64,000 nucleotides of DNA from a virus (lineage: Duplodnaviria > Caudoviricetes). The stretch is taken from the IMG/VR virus record IMGVR_UViG_3300028048_000002, positions 1 to 64,000 of that record, one strand, 5' to 3'. Each line of letters starts with the position of its first letter. Positions within the stretch are counted from its first letter, which is position 1. A program made the translations under genes and the position numbers. This document shows, piece after piece, positions 29,451 to 40,431 of this stretch. Below the pieces are notes generated by a model. The model searched no databases. It saw only the letters and a list, made by a program, of their open reading frames with translations, and was not told the DNA's origin.

Positions 29451-29461
29451 GTATATACCAC

Positions 29462-30907
29462 TTAACCAAATTTCAAATCTCTAAATGTAGGATATATCTG
29501 ACCAAAATCAACTTTTCCTGTACTTATTATATTAGGAGTTTGAGTATACGAAGATGTAGGATAAGAATTTGAACCTCTAATGATAATTCCTTGACTACTT
29601 GCTACCTGATTAGCGGAAGACATAACAAGACGTTGCAATTTCAATACAGTTAGATATGTAACAGAAATTTGATGTGATACTGAAATTATATTATATACAC
29701 CGGAAATCGGTGATAAAGTATTACCTGACATCACTATCAAAGAAACAGGTTGCGCTACTTGATACTGTTTAGTTGAACCCACGATAGTTACTGAAAAATC
29801 CCCGGAAAATTGAGAAGCTAAAGCATTAATATCATTAATTATATTTGCAGTTTGATACACATCTGCTAACGAACTACTCCATGAATTTACAACATTGGAA
29901 CTATCTACTACAGTATTACCACTACCATCTACAGAAAACCCTAATGAAGCAAAGTTCATATCGGTCATATTATATGCTACACCATCGTATGAACCCGATA
30001 AGGCTAATATGTTGCCGTGAGACGTACCATACTGTAAAACATCAGATGTATAGTCACCAATAAGTCCAGCATTGCTTTTATAATGAATTACACCTTTGGA
30101 AGTCATAGTAGGTTCTTCAACCCAGTATGAAAAAGAAGTGTTCTGTACAGTGTTATCTGTAAACGCATTTTTTAAAAACTTTGATACAGGAGATATCGTA
30201 CAGTTATTTAGTACTGAAGATAAAGAGTTTGCTAAAAATGAGTTTAACCCTGTTGCTTCTCTGACTTTGTTATAAGATTTAGATAGAGGTAATAAGCCGG
30301 GAAATGAATCAAAATCATCCGAACCCGTATATCTGCCACCTATATATCTGTTAAAAGACGTAGTTAAAGCACCATGGCTTACTAATGTAGGTTCATCATT
30401 ATGATCAATATCTAAATCATAGTAATTTTGAGCTCCTACAGCCTTAGCTAATCCAGCAACTATAGCTGAAGGTTGCACAATTCCATGTAATTCTGGAATA
30501 TTAAGTACTGGTAATTGTGTCTGAACTCCTAAAGACGCATAACCTACAAGTTTATAACTCATGTATTGACCTGAAGTAGAAACACTAAATTGTAACGTAA
30601 ATCCTTGATATGAAAGATAAGATTCTACATTACCTGATTCATCTAACCACCCAAACATGAAAGATACAGGAATACCTGCAGAATCTCTAGAAGCTTGTGC
30701 TGCACTGTAAAGCAATGCTTCAAAAGCTGATATATTTATATTCTGTGTAGAATCTCCACCCACGGTACAATTTAATGTCCAAGATGTCATTGAATCTTGC
30801 TCAGCAGAATCTAAAGTTAATGAAGAAAAGTTTGAAGGTATTTTTAACCCATAATGAGTTAAATTTACCCCTCCTAATAAGAAGGAACAAAAACTTTGAC
30901 GTTTCAA
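29462..30907 (-). CDS. baseplate hub (T4 gp27 / P2 gpD-like)
   Basis: FMFGW...VTIVG...SGVYNIISVSHQIS..YLTVLKLQR; synteny. Confidence 0.7.
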   Translation of the reverse strand: MKRQSFCSFLLGGVNLTHYGLKIPSNFSSLTLDSAEQDSMTSWTLNCTVGGDSTQNINISAFEALLYSAAQASRDSAGIPVSFMFGWLDESGNVESYLSYQGFTLQFSVSTSGQYMSYKLVGYASLGVQTQLPVLNIPELHGIVQPSAIVAGLAKAVGAQNYYDLDIDHNDEPTLVSHGALTTSFNRYIGGRYTGSDDFDSFPGLLPLSKSYNKVREATGLNSFLANSLSSVLNNCTISPVSKFLKNAFTDNTVQNTSFSYWVEEPTMTSKGVIHYKSNAGLIGDYTSDVLQYGTSHGNILALSGSYDGVAYNMTDMNFASLGFSVDGSGNTVVDSSNVVNSWSSSLADVYQTANIINDINALASQFSGDFSVTIVGSTKQYQVAQPVSLIVMSGNTLSPISGVYNIISVSHQISVTYLTVLKLQRLVMSSANQVASSQGIIIRGSNSYPTSSYTQTPNIISTGKVDFGQIYPTFRDLKFG

Positions 30908-30926
30908 AAATGCTTCCTCCTTAATT

Positions 30927-31373
30927 CTATTCAGTACCCAAGTTTAACGATGTTACAGCTACAGAACTTAATATATTCCCAGAAGTGAACAAATCTGAAA
31001 TAGCTGTAGGAATCATCAATAACTGCCCTTCAAAAACAGTATATCCATCTTGTATACCATTTATATATGAAATAATCCAACTATATGAAGCAGAACCTAA
31101 GTGTTCATAAGAAATAAGATCTAATCTATTTTCTCTATCTACAGGTACTACGTAAAATTCAATACCAACATTTTGACAATCATAATGATTTTGCACCTCT
31201 AGAGAGATAAATCTGTCATTACCTTCTAAGTAATGTATAACTTGACGAAGTCGTTTATACCTAGAAATGTGATCATATTCCTTACATACTGTATATTCAA
31301 TACCTTTATAATCAAGATTCTTATAAGGCTTAGTAGTGTCATGAAGTAATTCTTCTATATTCATATTCATCAC
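30927..31373 (-). CDS. LysM-like baseplate protein (T4 gp53 / P2 gpX-like)
   Basis: RLDLISYEHLGSASYSWIISYINGI...GQLLMIP. Confidence 0.8.
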   Translation of the reverse strand: MMNMNIEELLHDTTKPYKNLDYKGIEYTVCKEYDHISRYKRLRQVIHYLEGNDRFISLEVQNHYDCQNVGIEFYVVPVDRENRLDLISYEHLGSASYSWIISYINGIQDGYTVFEGQLLMIPTAISDLFTSGNILSSVAVTSLNLGTE

Positions 31374-32380
31374 CCGATTATAGGTTTGCTTAAAATAGCT
31401 TCGTAACTTAAAGGTGAAGATGATACTTCAGTAATTTCTAAAGCAAGTGTAAACTCTAAATACCACGAATCATGACCCAAGGGGCCAGTCCAATCAACAC
31501 TTACAGAATTCATAACACCTGTAATAAGCTCATTTCCCGCAACATACAATGTAACTGTAGGCGAAAATACCGCTGAACCACTATACTTTGGATAACATTG
31601 AGCCTGACAAAATCTAATAAGTTCGTTAGCTTTTCCATCATTATGATTTCCAGTCCACATATCACGATGTAAATGAAATTCATATCTACTAGATTTCGGA
31701 CCTGAGCTTTGATACATCTGCCAAGGTTCGTATTGATATAGCAAATCAGGCATTTGAGCATAAGTTGCGTTTCTAGTATCATTTACGCTTTCAGGAAAAG
31801 CTGGAATATTTATAGATGCATCATATAAAGAAGAATAAAGTGTAATTTTATCTAAAGGTATGTTAAACCAAGACATCGGGTTATCACCAATATTTACAGC
31901 AGAATCAGATAATAAACCAGTATCTTGAATTGTGCTATATACAGAAAAAATATTCGGATCAATATCTTCTCCGTTTGCTAGAAGCGTCTGGACTTTTACA
32001 TAAATTGAAGGCAATACAGAAACATCATTTCCTAACATAAGATTTGAAGAGGGAATTGACCCTTCAAGTTGGTCAGACACATATAAATAATTAGAAAATG
32101 TGTTTTTTGCCGATAAGATTTTCCATGTATTAGAATCAGCTAAAGCTGCATGTTCATATACATCTGAATTATCGATAAACTGGTTTAGTATGCTTATTTT
32201 TCTAGAAGCTGTAACTTCTTGTTCTTCCTTTAACTGATTACATATAGCTTCCCATTGTTTTCCAATTTTAGGAGTTCGAGTAAGTCCGTTATCAGCTAGA
32301 ATTTGGTCAACATTTTGAACTCCAACTCTTTCTGTTAAATCGCTTAAAGTATCTGCAGGTGATATAGAAACATATTTCAT
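31370..32380 (-). CDS. tail tube initiator-like protein with LysM-like N-terminus
   Basis: FPESVNDTRNATY...YEPWQMYQSSG...CYPKY...P.V.L......GVMNSVSVDW. Confidence 0.68.
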   Translation of the reverse strand: MKYVSISPADTLSDLTERVGVQNVDQILADNGLTRTPKIGKQWEAICNQLKEEQEVTASRKISILNQFIDNSDVYEHAALADSNTWKILSAKNTFSNYLYVSDQLEGSIPSSNLMLGNDVSVLPSIYVKVQTLLANGEDIDPNIFSVYSTIQDTGLLSDSAVNIGDNPMSWFNIPLDKITLYSSLYDASINIPAFPESVNDTRNATYAQMPDLLYQYEPWQMYQSSGPKSSRYEFHLHRDMWTGNHNDGKANELIRFCQAQCYPKYSGSAVFSPTVTLYVAGNELITGVMNSVSVDWTGPLGHDSWYLEFTLALEITEVSSSPLSYEAILSKPIIG

Positions 32381-32382
32381 AT

Positions 32383-33018
32383 TTAACCTACTTCATTTAA
32401 TCTAATCAATTTAATGACGTGAGGTTCACCGAACATGGTAGGAGGTCTATTAATTAATTTTCCGTCATTTCTAAGAGTTACACCCCATTTTTCAAATTCT
32501 TTATAAATAATTTCTTGATCTTCTGCTGAGTATTTAGTCAACAATGTGGGGATACTAACCTCTTTCAAACTTTTGTTCAATTTATTCACGTATCTTCTAG
32601 ACATATTAAAACAAGCTAGCTGAGCTTTAGGTGTTATAATATCTTCTATGTTGTCAGTGTTTAAACCTACTAGCAGATAGTGTCGATCAGCTTGAATACT
32701 ATAGTCATTAATAACTTCTCCAAGCATATAACTATGCATCCAATCAGGTATTTCACATCTCCAAGATTCTATTACGGAAACATTCCTAGCAATGTAATAC
32801 TTAAACGCATTAATTAGTGTGAAGTAACAAGATTCTAAGGACTGTTGGTCTTTAGAATCTAAATTATCAGTCTTCAATTCATAGGTATCATAAAAGTAAG
32901 CATATTCTGAATACAAAAATGCTTCAAACATCTCTTCATCTGAAATAAGATGCGGAGGGTAATTAGGTAGATAACCGTCTTGACTATATTTAATCTTGAT
33001 GTTATATGATGCTAGCAT
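32383..33018 (-). CDS. hypothetical tail/baseplate protein
   Basis: ORF track; position in the tail operon. Confidence 0.5.
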   Translation of the reverse strand: MLASYNIKIKYSQDGYLPNYPPHLISDEEMFEAFLYSEYAYFYDTYELKTDNLDSKDQQSLESCYFTLINAFKYYIARNVSVIESWRCEIPDWMHSYMLGEVINDYSIQADRHYLLVGLNTDNIEDIITPKAQLACFNMSRRYVNKLNKSLKEVSIPTLLTKYSAEDQEIIYKEFEKWGVTLRNDGKLINRPPTMFGEPHVIKLIRLNEVG

Positions 33019-33028
33019 TGAGTATCAA

Positions 33029-36000
33029 CTATCCTATAGTCCAACCTTTGAATACATGATAACTATTACTTTCCCACCCGTCTATAGGTGTACCTAGCTC
33101 TAGACCGTTTATTGAAATAAAGTGATCAATAAACTCTGCGTTTGATAAGAAAGATATCACACCTAAATCTGTATTATCAGCACTTTCAACATTATACTTA
33201 TGAGTGAGTGCTGTAAATTGAGTTGACATGGTTATGTAACCTTCAGGCTCAGACGTAGCATAAGCTGTAACAAAATCTCCTGTAATTTTAATTTGTTTTA
33301 CTAAACTGGTTTCAGGATAAGACAAGCTAGAACCTTGAGGAAGTTTAAATTGTGCTACCGCTACAGATTTAGTTAATTCAATATTTGCAGTCATATCGTT
33401 TCTAAGATAAATGCCGCATTCAATCATATTAGAATTTTTATCTAAAGTAATACTATGTAGTCCATAATAGTAATGATTGTCGTTAATCACAGCTTCATTC
33501 CAGAGGTCCAAGTCATTTGGAATTATGGGAGTATTTACTTCAGTTACAGTCATATCAGAAACTAGCAAATCAGGATCATCATAATCTTGTTTTTCATACC
33601 ATAAAGACAAACCAGAAATTCCAGTGAACTCTGGATTATAAATTATTTCAGAAGTATCAGATGTAGCTACAACTGATCTCGGACACTTTCTAATATAGTC
33701 GATAACTTCCGAATCATAATATAAACAAGTGTCATATAAATTAATTACAGGACCATACCCTGCAGCTAAATCTTCATCACTGTAATCAAGTGCTAGATTT
33801 ATTCTGAGTTTCTGGCAATTCTTGATATTTATTGTAGTAGTATTAGTAGCTTTACCTGTAATAGATAACAGTACAGAAGTACTCCATCTACTGTCAATAT
33901 TCTTTACTTCAATCGTATTATATGTATCTTCTTCAGATAAATTAATTGTAACTTCAATAACATTTTGATTTCTAGAGTTATTGATAGAAGTTTGAATTTG
34001 AGCCTCAGTAGGAAATGCTACACGTTCGTTTACATATTCATCGAGTTCAGTTTGAATTTCAGCAGCAGTTAAACCTGTACCAAAATCTTTATCTTCCCCG
34101 AGCTGATAAGCTAAAACCCCTGATCTTAATAACGCATAATCTAGTATACGCAAGAACCCTTGTTCATCTCTATATACATATCCAGCATCTAGAGCTGTAT
34201 CTGGTACATTGTAAAAACCTCCAATAGTATCTTCAGTAGCTAATGGAATAGTACCAGTAAGCAATAGAGGATCAGAATATGTTTTTAACCCTATAGTAGA
34301 AGTAACTTTATAATAAAAGTATTTAGTACCTGTAGCAGATTTTCCGTTTAACGTTGTAGGTACTTCTTGAATTTCTAAGCAGAAGTAATCTTGGAATTTA
34401 TATTTACCGCGATACCCCGAATCATTAGGATTAGATGACGGTTCTAATAAAATTTCTGTACTCGTAGTATATTCATGGGTTGTTGGATCTACAAATTTAC
34501 CCACAGCGTATACGCTAGAAGTATCTATTTGACGATAGCTGCCTCTATATTGACTACCGTTTCCTGAAAGGTCGATTCCAAAAATCTGTTTATAATAGCT
34601 ACCATCATGTACACCTGTTGAAGTCTCAGTTACACCTCTATACTGCGATAAAGTTTCTTCAACAGCTTCAGCATCGTCATCTTGAGAACCTGGATAATAT
34701 TCAATAACTCTTGCAACTTCTACACCATCAAACCCAATAGGAGGTTCATCATTACCTACTGCAATGATTTCAGATTCAGTTGCATATCTGATATCACTTA
34801 CAATAGGAGGTAACACTACGTACATTGTTGAAGGAGCTTGAATTAAACTAGAAGAAGTATCTACTACAGAGTTGTCTGTTCTAACAAGTACATAATCTCC
34901 AACAGACCAAGTAGATTGTGAAATTGTAGGTAATCCGACTCGTTGGTTATCCTGTGTTTCAACAGAATCTACAAAAGCTCTTTGTCTACCAGCAGGTAAA
35001 TGGTAAAAATTATTGATAGATTCTTTAATAGCTTTAATAGATTTTGTATAAGAACTAGAAACCGTACCCGGAGTATTTGTAGCAAAATCTGCTTGAGGTA
35101 AATCCATTACTCTAGGTTTATAGTATAACTTTTTACCATCAGCATTCCACATGCTTCCATCTACTTGCTTATGAGGTAAAGTTAAAGTAACTTTTTCAGA
35201 AGATATATCGTATCCAAATTCTGCTTGCTCAACGCTAGGAAGTTCATCTACTGGCTCCCCTAAATCTGAAGCTTTCTGCCAAACAAACAAACTATCTGTT
35301 GAATCACACCAAGTAGGCTTACCGGATAATGTTGTACCATCCTCAGATTTTCCTGCCATGGTATATATCTTTTTTGGATTCAATCCATAATTTGTAACAA
35401 AATGCTCAGCTAAAAGTGAATCAAATTCCCCTATTCTAGAAGCTGAAATAGCTTGTACTTTATAAGGATTTTGACGGATATTATTTCCGTTAATCGCACC
35501 ATCAATATACGAAAATTCTGCTAATTTTAAATGCGCTGTAACTAATTCGTCGGTATCTGGAGAATCCTGAGGTAATACAAAATATCCAGCTTCTATCTTT
35601 CCAATAGGTAATATGACAATCTGAATACCTGTCATCATATTAACGTTATTTTCAGTTTTTAGAGAAGCTGCTAATGTTTGTTCTGTGCTATACATAGCAC
35701 GTAACCCAATAGCTAAACGACCTGTTAAGGGAGTTAAGTCTTTTGTTCGTAATATCTTATTAGCTTCAGCTAAATCTACAACTACATTAGTTAAAGATTC
35801 AAAAAAATGACCGTTTACTACAGCACGACCTGCAGTGATTTCTAAAGTAGTACTAGAAATTTGAATACCATTTTCATCTTTTTGTACATCAACTCTAAAA
35901 TCATCAACCGAATGACAATATGAAGGCCCTATATAATATTTTACTGCTTCAGAAGTAAGTACACTTTCTCTAGAACGTAAATTAAACTCCGTAAGAAGCT

Positions 36001-36070
36001 GTCCTCCGGTTTTACTATTAGCATTGGGAAATATGTTTGTTGTATTAGCAGGAAATCTGACAAAATTCAT
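33029..36070 (-). CDS. large baseplate/tail structural protein (1013 aa)
   Basis: LEITAGRAVVNGHF baseplate-type N-terminus; beta-rich; tail operon. Confidence 0.55.
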   Translation of the reverse strand: MNFVRFPANTTNIFPNANSKTGGQLLTEFNLRSRESVLTSEAVKYYIGPSYCHSVDDFRVDVQKDENGIQISSTTLEITAGRAVVNGHFFESLTNVVVDLAEANKILRTKDLTPLTGRLAIGLRAMYSTEQTLAASLKTENNVNMMTGIQIVILPIGKIEAGYFVLPQDSPDTDELVTAHLKLAEFSYIDGAINGNNIRQNPYKVQAISASRIGEFDSLLAEHFVTNYGLNPKKIYTMAGKSEDGTTLSGKPTWCDSTDSLFVWQKASDLGEPVDELPSVEQAEFGYDISSEKVTLTLPHKQVDGSMWNADGKKLYYKPRVMDLPQADFATNTPGTVSSSYTKSIKAIKESINNFYHLPAGRQRAFVDSVETQDNQRVGLPTISQSTWSVGDYVLVRTDNSVVDTSSSLIQAPSTMYVVLPPIVSDIRYATESEIIAVGNDEPPIGFDGVEVARVIEYYPGSQDDDAEAVEETLSQYRGVTETSTGVHDGSYYKQIFGIDLSGNGSQYRGSYRQIDTSSVYAVGKFVDPTTHEYTTSTEILLEPSSNPNDSGYRGKYKFQDYFCLEIQEVPTTLNGKSATGTKYFYYKVTSTIGLKTYSDPLLLTGTIPLATEDTIGGFYNVPDTALDAGYVYRDEQGFLRILDYALLRSGVLAYQLGEDKDFGTGLTAAEIQTELDEYVNERVAFPTEAQIQTSINNSRNQNVIEVTINLSEEDTYNTIEVKNIDSRWSTSVLLSITGKATNTTTINIKNCQKLRINLALDYSDEDLAAGYGPVINLYDTCLYYDSEVIDYIRKCPRSVVATSDTSEIIYNPEFTGISGLSLWYEKQDYDDPDLLVSDMTVTEVNTPIIPNDLDLWNEAVINDNHYYYGLHSITLDKNSNMIECGIYLRNDMTANIELTKSVAVAQFKLPQGSSLSYPETSLVKQIKITGDFVTAYATSEPEGYITMSTQFTALTHKYNVESADNTDLGVISFLSNAEFIDHFISINGLELGTPIDGWESNSYHVFKGWTIG

Positions 36071-36096
36071 AATTTACATACCTTTAACAACGTAAT

Positions 36097-36285
36097 TTAG
36101 TATAAAAGTCTGTCAATGATTATTTCAGCTATATCATCACTGTAACTTCTAAATCTTCCAGAAAAATCAGTGAAGTTAAATAAATCAGTGAAGTTAAACA
36201 AATTTAATTGTGACTCAATATCATAAATCATGAAATCACTTAATGCTTCACCCAGGTCTTCAGAATTAAATGTAAAGTGTCTCAT
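36097..36285 (-). CDS. small hypothetical protein with an 18-bp internal duplication (FNFTDL/FNFTDF)
   Basis: AGGAG Shine-Dalgarno; aaatcagtgaagttaaa repeated at about 36164-36198. Confidence 0.5.
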   Translation of the reverse strand: MRHFTFNSEDLGEALSDFMIYDIESQLNLFNFTDLFNFTDFSGRFRSYSDDIAEIIIDRLLY

Positions 36286-36340
36286 TGTTACTTAACTCCT
36301 AACTGTATAAATAAAAGTAAAATATGTAAAATATATAAGG

Positions 36341-39300
36341 CTACTTATTAAGAGGTGTAGCAGATTTTGTAAATGCCATACCAGTTGATCCAGAAGTTGT
36401 TGTACTAGTTGTGCTTGGTGCTGCACCTACTTCACTAACTGTCATACCTGTAGCTAACGCTGCAATAGCATCAGGTAATTTAAGTTTTCCTTGAGTGTTA
36501 TTCTGTTGGAATATACCTTGTACTACACGAAGTATTTGAGCTAAGAAAACATTTTGTTGAACTGTTGGATCCATAAGATCTTCAATAGGGTTTGTAGTTA
36601 AAGCTTCAGTTAATGCATTTAACTTATCTTCAGCAGTCTTCTTTTCTGCTTTCTTAATAGCATCTAACGCACTGTTATATGCACTGCCTTTTTTATCCAT
36701 GCCAAGTTTTGAATTATAATCTGTATGCTTAATATAATAATTGGTCCAATCAGTTCTAAATCCTTTAAATTCAGTAACCATTTCCGTATGGAATAGATTA
36801 ACATCTGAATCAACTTTATCAAACCAGGAATTCATTTCACCTCTAAAGCCTGTACCACCTACAGTTTTACCTCCTGAAGTTCCATTACTGTCAATATCAC
36901 TTAACCATGAATCAACACCGGGCCAAAAAATACTCATTAAATCGCCTTTATCAAGAACATCGTGAATATTAGTATTAGCAAGTTCCAGCAGACGTTGAGT
37001 CTCACTCCAAAACTTTTCTTCATCTTGCTCTCGTTTAATAGCTTTTTCCGAAGCTGATTGAGATTCTAATCCTGTAAAATAATTCATTACATCTGAAGGA
37101 TCATATCCAAGTTCTGTAAATGCTTCACTTAAATTAGCAATTCCAAATTTAGAAGCTGTAGCAGCCCAAGCTTCATATCCCGATTGACCAAATTTTCCTG
37201 CAGATACAAGTTTACTAATATTTTGTTGTGCAAGATCTGCAGCTTCTAGCAAAGCACTAGACTCCAAATCTTTCTTTACTCGTTCTTTAGTAAGCTCTAA
37301 AGCTCTTTGTTGAACTTCTTGGTTAAATTTACTAAGATTAGAAGCAGCACTAGCATTAGCTAATTTAGAACTATATAGAATATCCGCAATGCCATATTTT
37401 TCAGGATCAGAAAGATATTTTTGAGCTAAAGCATCTATAGTAGATTGTGTAATTTTACCTAAAGCCGATTTAGCTAATCTAGATTTTTCTTTTTCTATAG
37501 CTTCATCAATTTTAGACTTGATGTTAGTACCGAAGAAATTAGACATAGTACTAAGCATCTTGTTAAAGTTTGTTTCTAGTCTTTTTAGATTGATAGCAGA
37601 AGCAATGGACGCTTGAGACATTCCAGAACTAGAACCGCCACCTCCAAATGTGAGAATTTCTCCTCTACTTGAAGTACCTAAGCTGGCATACGCACTTTTA
37701 CCTAAATCTTTCCAAGTATAAGTTACATCTCCTTGAACTAACTTAGATTTAAGTAATTGTTCCAAATAAGTATTTGTAAGCTTAAGGTCTTTTCCTCTAG
37801 TATTTAAAGCTCGTTTAATTGCTTCATTACCTTGTCCAACTTTTCCGGCTTCTAATACTCTAGGAATTCGTCCATACGCATCATCTAATGCTTCAATTCT
37901 GGTTCTTTGAAGGTTATATAATTTAGTTAAATTAGTTACAGGAATTAGAGTATGAAGTATTTGAAGACCAATTTCTACCATTCTATTAAGATGCTCCATA
38001 GCAGCACCACGTAAATCTACTCCATATTCGGCTTCTTGAATCTGTTGAGCTATTTGTTCATCCCACATGTGTTCTTGAATAGATCTTGCAACTTCATTAT
38101 CAAGTACATATGCAAGACCTTCATTCATCATGTATTCGTTTATTTCTCTAATTCTAGCTTGATCTGCATTAGAAGTTGATTGTCCAGAAGCTAAAGCTTT
38201 CATATTTTCAGTCAAAGCTGCATCTGATACATTCATATTATCAATAGCTTTAGACAGATAACTGAAATCTACACGAGCAAAAGCACTAGAATCTAACCCA
38301 AATATATTAGATAATCCTTCAGCAACTTCCATATAATTAGATTCAGACATATTCTGCATTCTAGCAAGATTTTGAAATAAAGTAGAAAATACTTTCTGAG
38401 GAGAAGCTGCAAATTGTTGCAAAAACTCGGTATTTGAAGCATTGATACCTGCTAAAGATCTTAAAGCTACAATTTGACTATTATTACCCCCAACTGCAGA
38501 ATTATAAATAGCATCTACAATACTTGAAGCTAAATCCGGAGCTATAGCTCCAGTTATTGCGGAAACTGAAGTAAGTACACCAGCTAATTGTGAAGGATCA
38601 TTTGTTCTAGCTGCTATTGATATTTCTACAGCTTTAGAAAATAAATCACTGGCATTTTGAAGTCCAGTATTAAAACCACCTGTAAGCTGTCTACTAGCAT
38701 AAGCTACATCACTAGCAAATAACTCTAATTGAGAATTTGCATATGATATTGCATCTGATTGTGATTTTCCAGATTTTACAGCATTTGAAGCTAAAGCAGC
38801 ATAAGCTTCAGCATAACTGAAAAAATCTTGTGTAGGCATTGCTGCATTTAATTTTGTAGCTTGATATGCAAATTCTTCTGCAGCTTTACCTGAAAGACCT
38901 GATTTAAGAACATTAGCTAAACCTTCGGTAATTTCAGCTGAACTTATTACTGCACCTAAACCCTCAGATTTAAGTCTGCTAGAATAAGCACCCATCAAAG
39001 ATTGTAAATCTGCTTTAGAATATCCTTGTGTTTGATTTATTAATCTTAAATTTGAATCCCAAGCTTGATAAACAGCCTCAGCAGCTTTTTGCAAGGTTTC
39101 AAACGGAGCTTTTACAATATCGGTAATATCAGCACGTAAACGTTCATTAGCTAACTCTACTCGTCTAGCTCTAGTAGTGACACCTCTATTACTAGCAGCT
39201 TTCATAGCTTTGAAATATTCAGCCCAAGAAGCAAATATTTTACCCATCCAATCTGTTATTACTTCTAGAGCTATAGGAATAAGCTGTATCGCTATTGCAA

Positions 39301-40120
39301 TTTCTCCTACACCAGGAATTGCAGCTAATATACCTTTAGATACTAATCCGGTTACAGCAGACATACTACCTTTAGATAAAAGTGAACCTGCAGCTTTTGT
39401 TGCGGCTTGTGTTGCAGCTTCACTTGCGATTTTACCTCCAGCTCCTGAAGTAACTTGCTCCAAACCTTGAGATAAAATTTTACTTGCACCAGCTGTAGTT
39501 TTACTTCCGCCTAATTTATCTGTAATAGTTGAAAGTTTATCTAAACCAGATTTTTTCAAAGTTTCGCTTAATTTGCCTTCTAAATTATCTTTTGCAAAAC
39601 TTTTAATTTTATCTGTAGCCATATCTTCAAAATTAGATATAGCTTGATCTTTCCATTTAGAATATTGATCCGTAATTTCTTTAAATGGTCCAACATCTTT
39701 TAAAGCATCTAAAGCAGATTCAGTAAGTCTCTGTCCAAATTGTTTTGGTAAATCTTCAATACTTGTCCCAAGTTCATCTGCAAAAGTATTTAAAAGGTTT
39801 CCAATTTCTTTTTCAAAATCACCTACACCTATTGCTTCTTTTATTGCATCTTCTACACCTGAAGAAAATTGGGAAGCAACAGATGTTGATCTTTTTGAAT
39901 TAATACTAGAATTACGTCTATTATATACAGCCTGAGTTTCTTCAAAAGCAGCATTTTTAGCATTTCTAAAATCTTGTGCTGCGGATTGTGACACATTTTT
40001 AGAAATATCACCTAGAAGTTTTTCAATTCTATCTAATTGTGCTGAAGTACTTTGATGCTCAACTGTAGATGTACTTATTTTAGTTAATGCATCAAATAAT
40101 TTGTCTATATTTTCTGCCAT
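36341..40120 (-). CDS. tape measure protein
   Basis: About 1260 aa, Ala/Ser/Leu-rich helical, one hydrophobic patch (GILAAIPGVGEIAIAIQLIPIAL), directly after the chaperone pair. Confidence 0.82.
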   Translation of the reverse strand: MAENIDKLFDALTKISTSTVEHQSTSAQLDRIEKLLGDISKNVSQSAAQDFRNAKNAAFEETQAVYNRRNSSINSKRSTSVASQFSSGVEDAIKEAIGVGDFEKEIGNLLNTFADELGTSIEDLPKQFGQRLTESALDALKDVGPFKEITDQYSKWKDQAISNFEDMATDKIKSFAKDNLEGKLSETLKKSGLDKLSTITDKLGGSKTTAGASKILSQGLEQVTSGAGGKIASEAATQAATKAAGSLLSKGSMSAVTGLVSKGILAAIPGVGEIAIAIQLIPIALEVITDWMGKIFASWAEYFKAMKAASNRGVTTRARRVELANERLRADITDIVKAPFETLQKAAEAVYQAWDSNLRLINQTQGYSKADLQSLMGAYSSRLKSEGLGAVISSAEITEGLANVLKSGLSGKAAEEFAYQATKLNAAMPTQDFFSYAEAYAALASNAVKSGKSQSDAISYANSQLELFASDVAYASRQLTGGFNTGLQNASDLFSKAVEISIAARTNDPSQLAGVLTSVSAITGAIAPDLASSIVDAIYNSAVGGNNSQIVALRSLAGINASNTEFLQQFAASPQKVFSTLFQNLARMQNMSESNYMEVAEGLSNIFGLDSSAFARVDFSYLSKAIDNMNVSDAALTENMKALASGQSTSNADQARIREINEYMMNEGLAYVLDNEVARSIQEHMWDEQIAQQIQEAEYGVDLRGAAMEHLNRMVEIGLQILHTLIPVTNLTKLYNLQRTRIEALDDAYGRIPRVLEAGKVGQGNEAIKRALNTRGKDLKLTNTYLEQLLKSKLVQGDVTYTWKDLGKSAYASLGTSSRGEILTFGGGGSSSGMSQASIASAINLKRLETNFNKMLSTMSNFFGTNIKSKIDEAIEKEKSRLAKSALGKITQSTIDALAQKYLSDPEKYGIADILYSSKLANASAASNLSKFNQEVQQRALELTKERVKKDLESSALLEAADLAQQNISKLVSAGKFGQSGYEAWAATASKFGIANLSEAFTELGYDPSDVMNYFTGLESQSASEKAIKREQDEEKFWSETQRLLELANTNIHDVLDKGDLMSIFWPGVDSWLSDIDSNGTSGGKTVGGTGFRGEMNSWFDKVDSDVNLFHTEMVTEFKGFRTDWTNYYIKHTDYNSKLGMDKKGSAYNSALDAIKKAEKKTAEDKLNALTEALTTNPIEDLMDPTVQQNVFLAQILRVVQGIFQQNNTQGKLKLPDAIAALATGMTVSEVGAAPSTTSTTTSGSTGMAFTKSATPLNK

Positions 40121-40141
40121 ATTGATTCCTTGATTATAAAA

Positions 40142-40167
40142 AGGGATAATCATTTCTGATTATCCCT
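40142..40167 (-). terminator. hairpin between the chaperone genes and the tape measure gene
   Basis: agggataatca / tgattatccct, then TTTT on the minus strand. Confidence 0.6.
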
Positions 40168-40172
40168 AGATT

Positions 40173-40431
40173 CTATTTCATCTTCTTGAGATCTTCTTCT
40201 CGCTTCTTTAATTCATTATCTAAGGATTCTACATATTTTTTCCTAATTTGTATTGGTTGATTCATTACCCAATCAGCAGAAATAGCACCTTCAGAAGCAC
40301 GAGCTATAAAAACTACTTCGTCTATTACATTCTCATAAGCTTGTTTTCTTAACTCTAAATACGTTTTACGCTTCCCGTCTACTTCTATCGTCTCGCCATC
40401 TCCGTAAGCAAGCCATGTCTGGACGAAAAAA
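40173..40431 (-). CDS. tail assembly chaperone C-terminal part (gp51-like / lambda T-equivalent), probably reached by frameshift
   Basis: YENVIDEVVFI...WVMNQPIQIRKKYVESL; overlaps the upstream ORF; no convincing Shine-Dalgarno plus start. Confidence 0.6.
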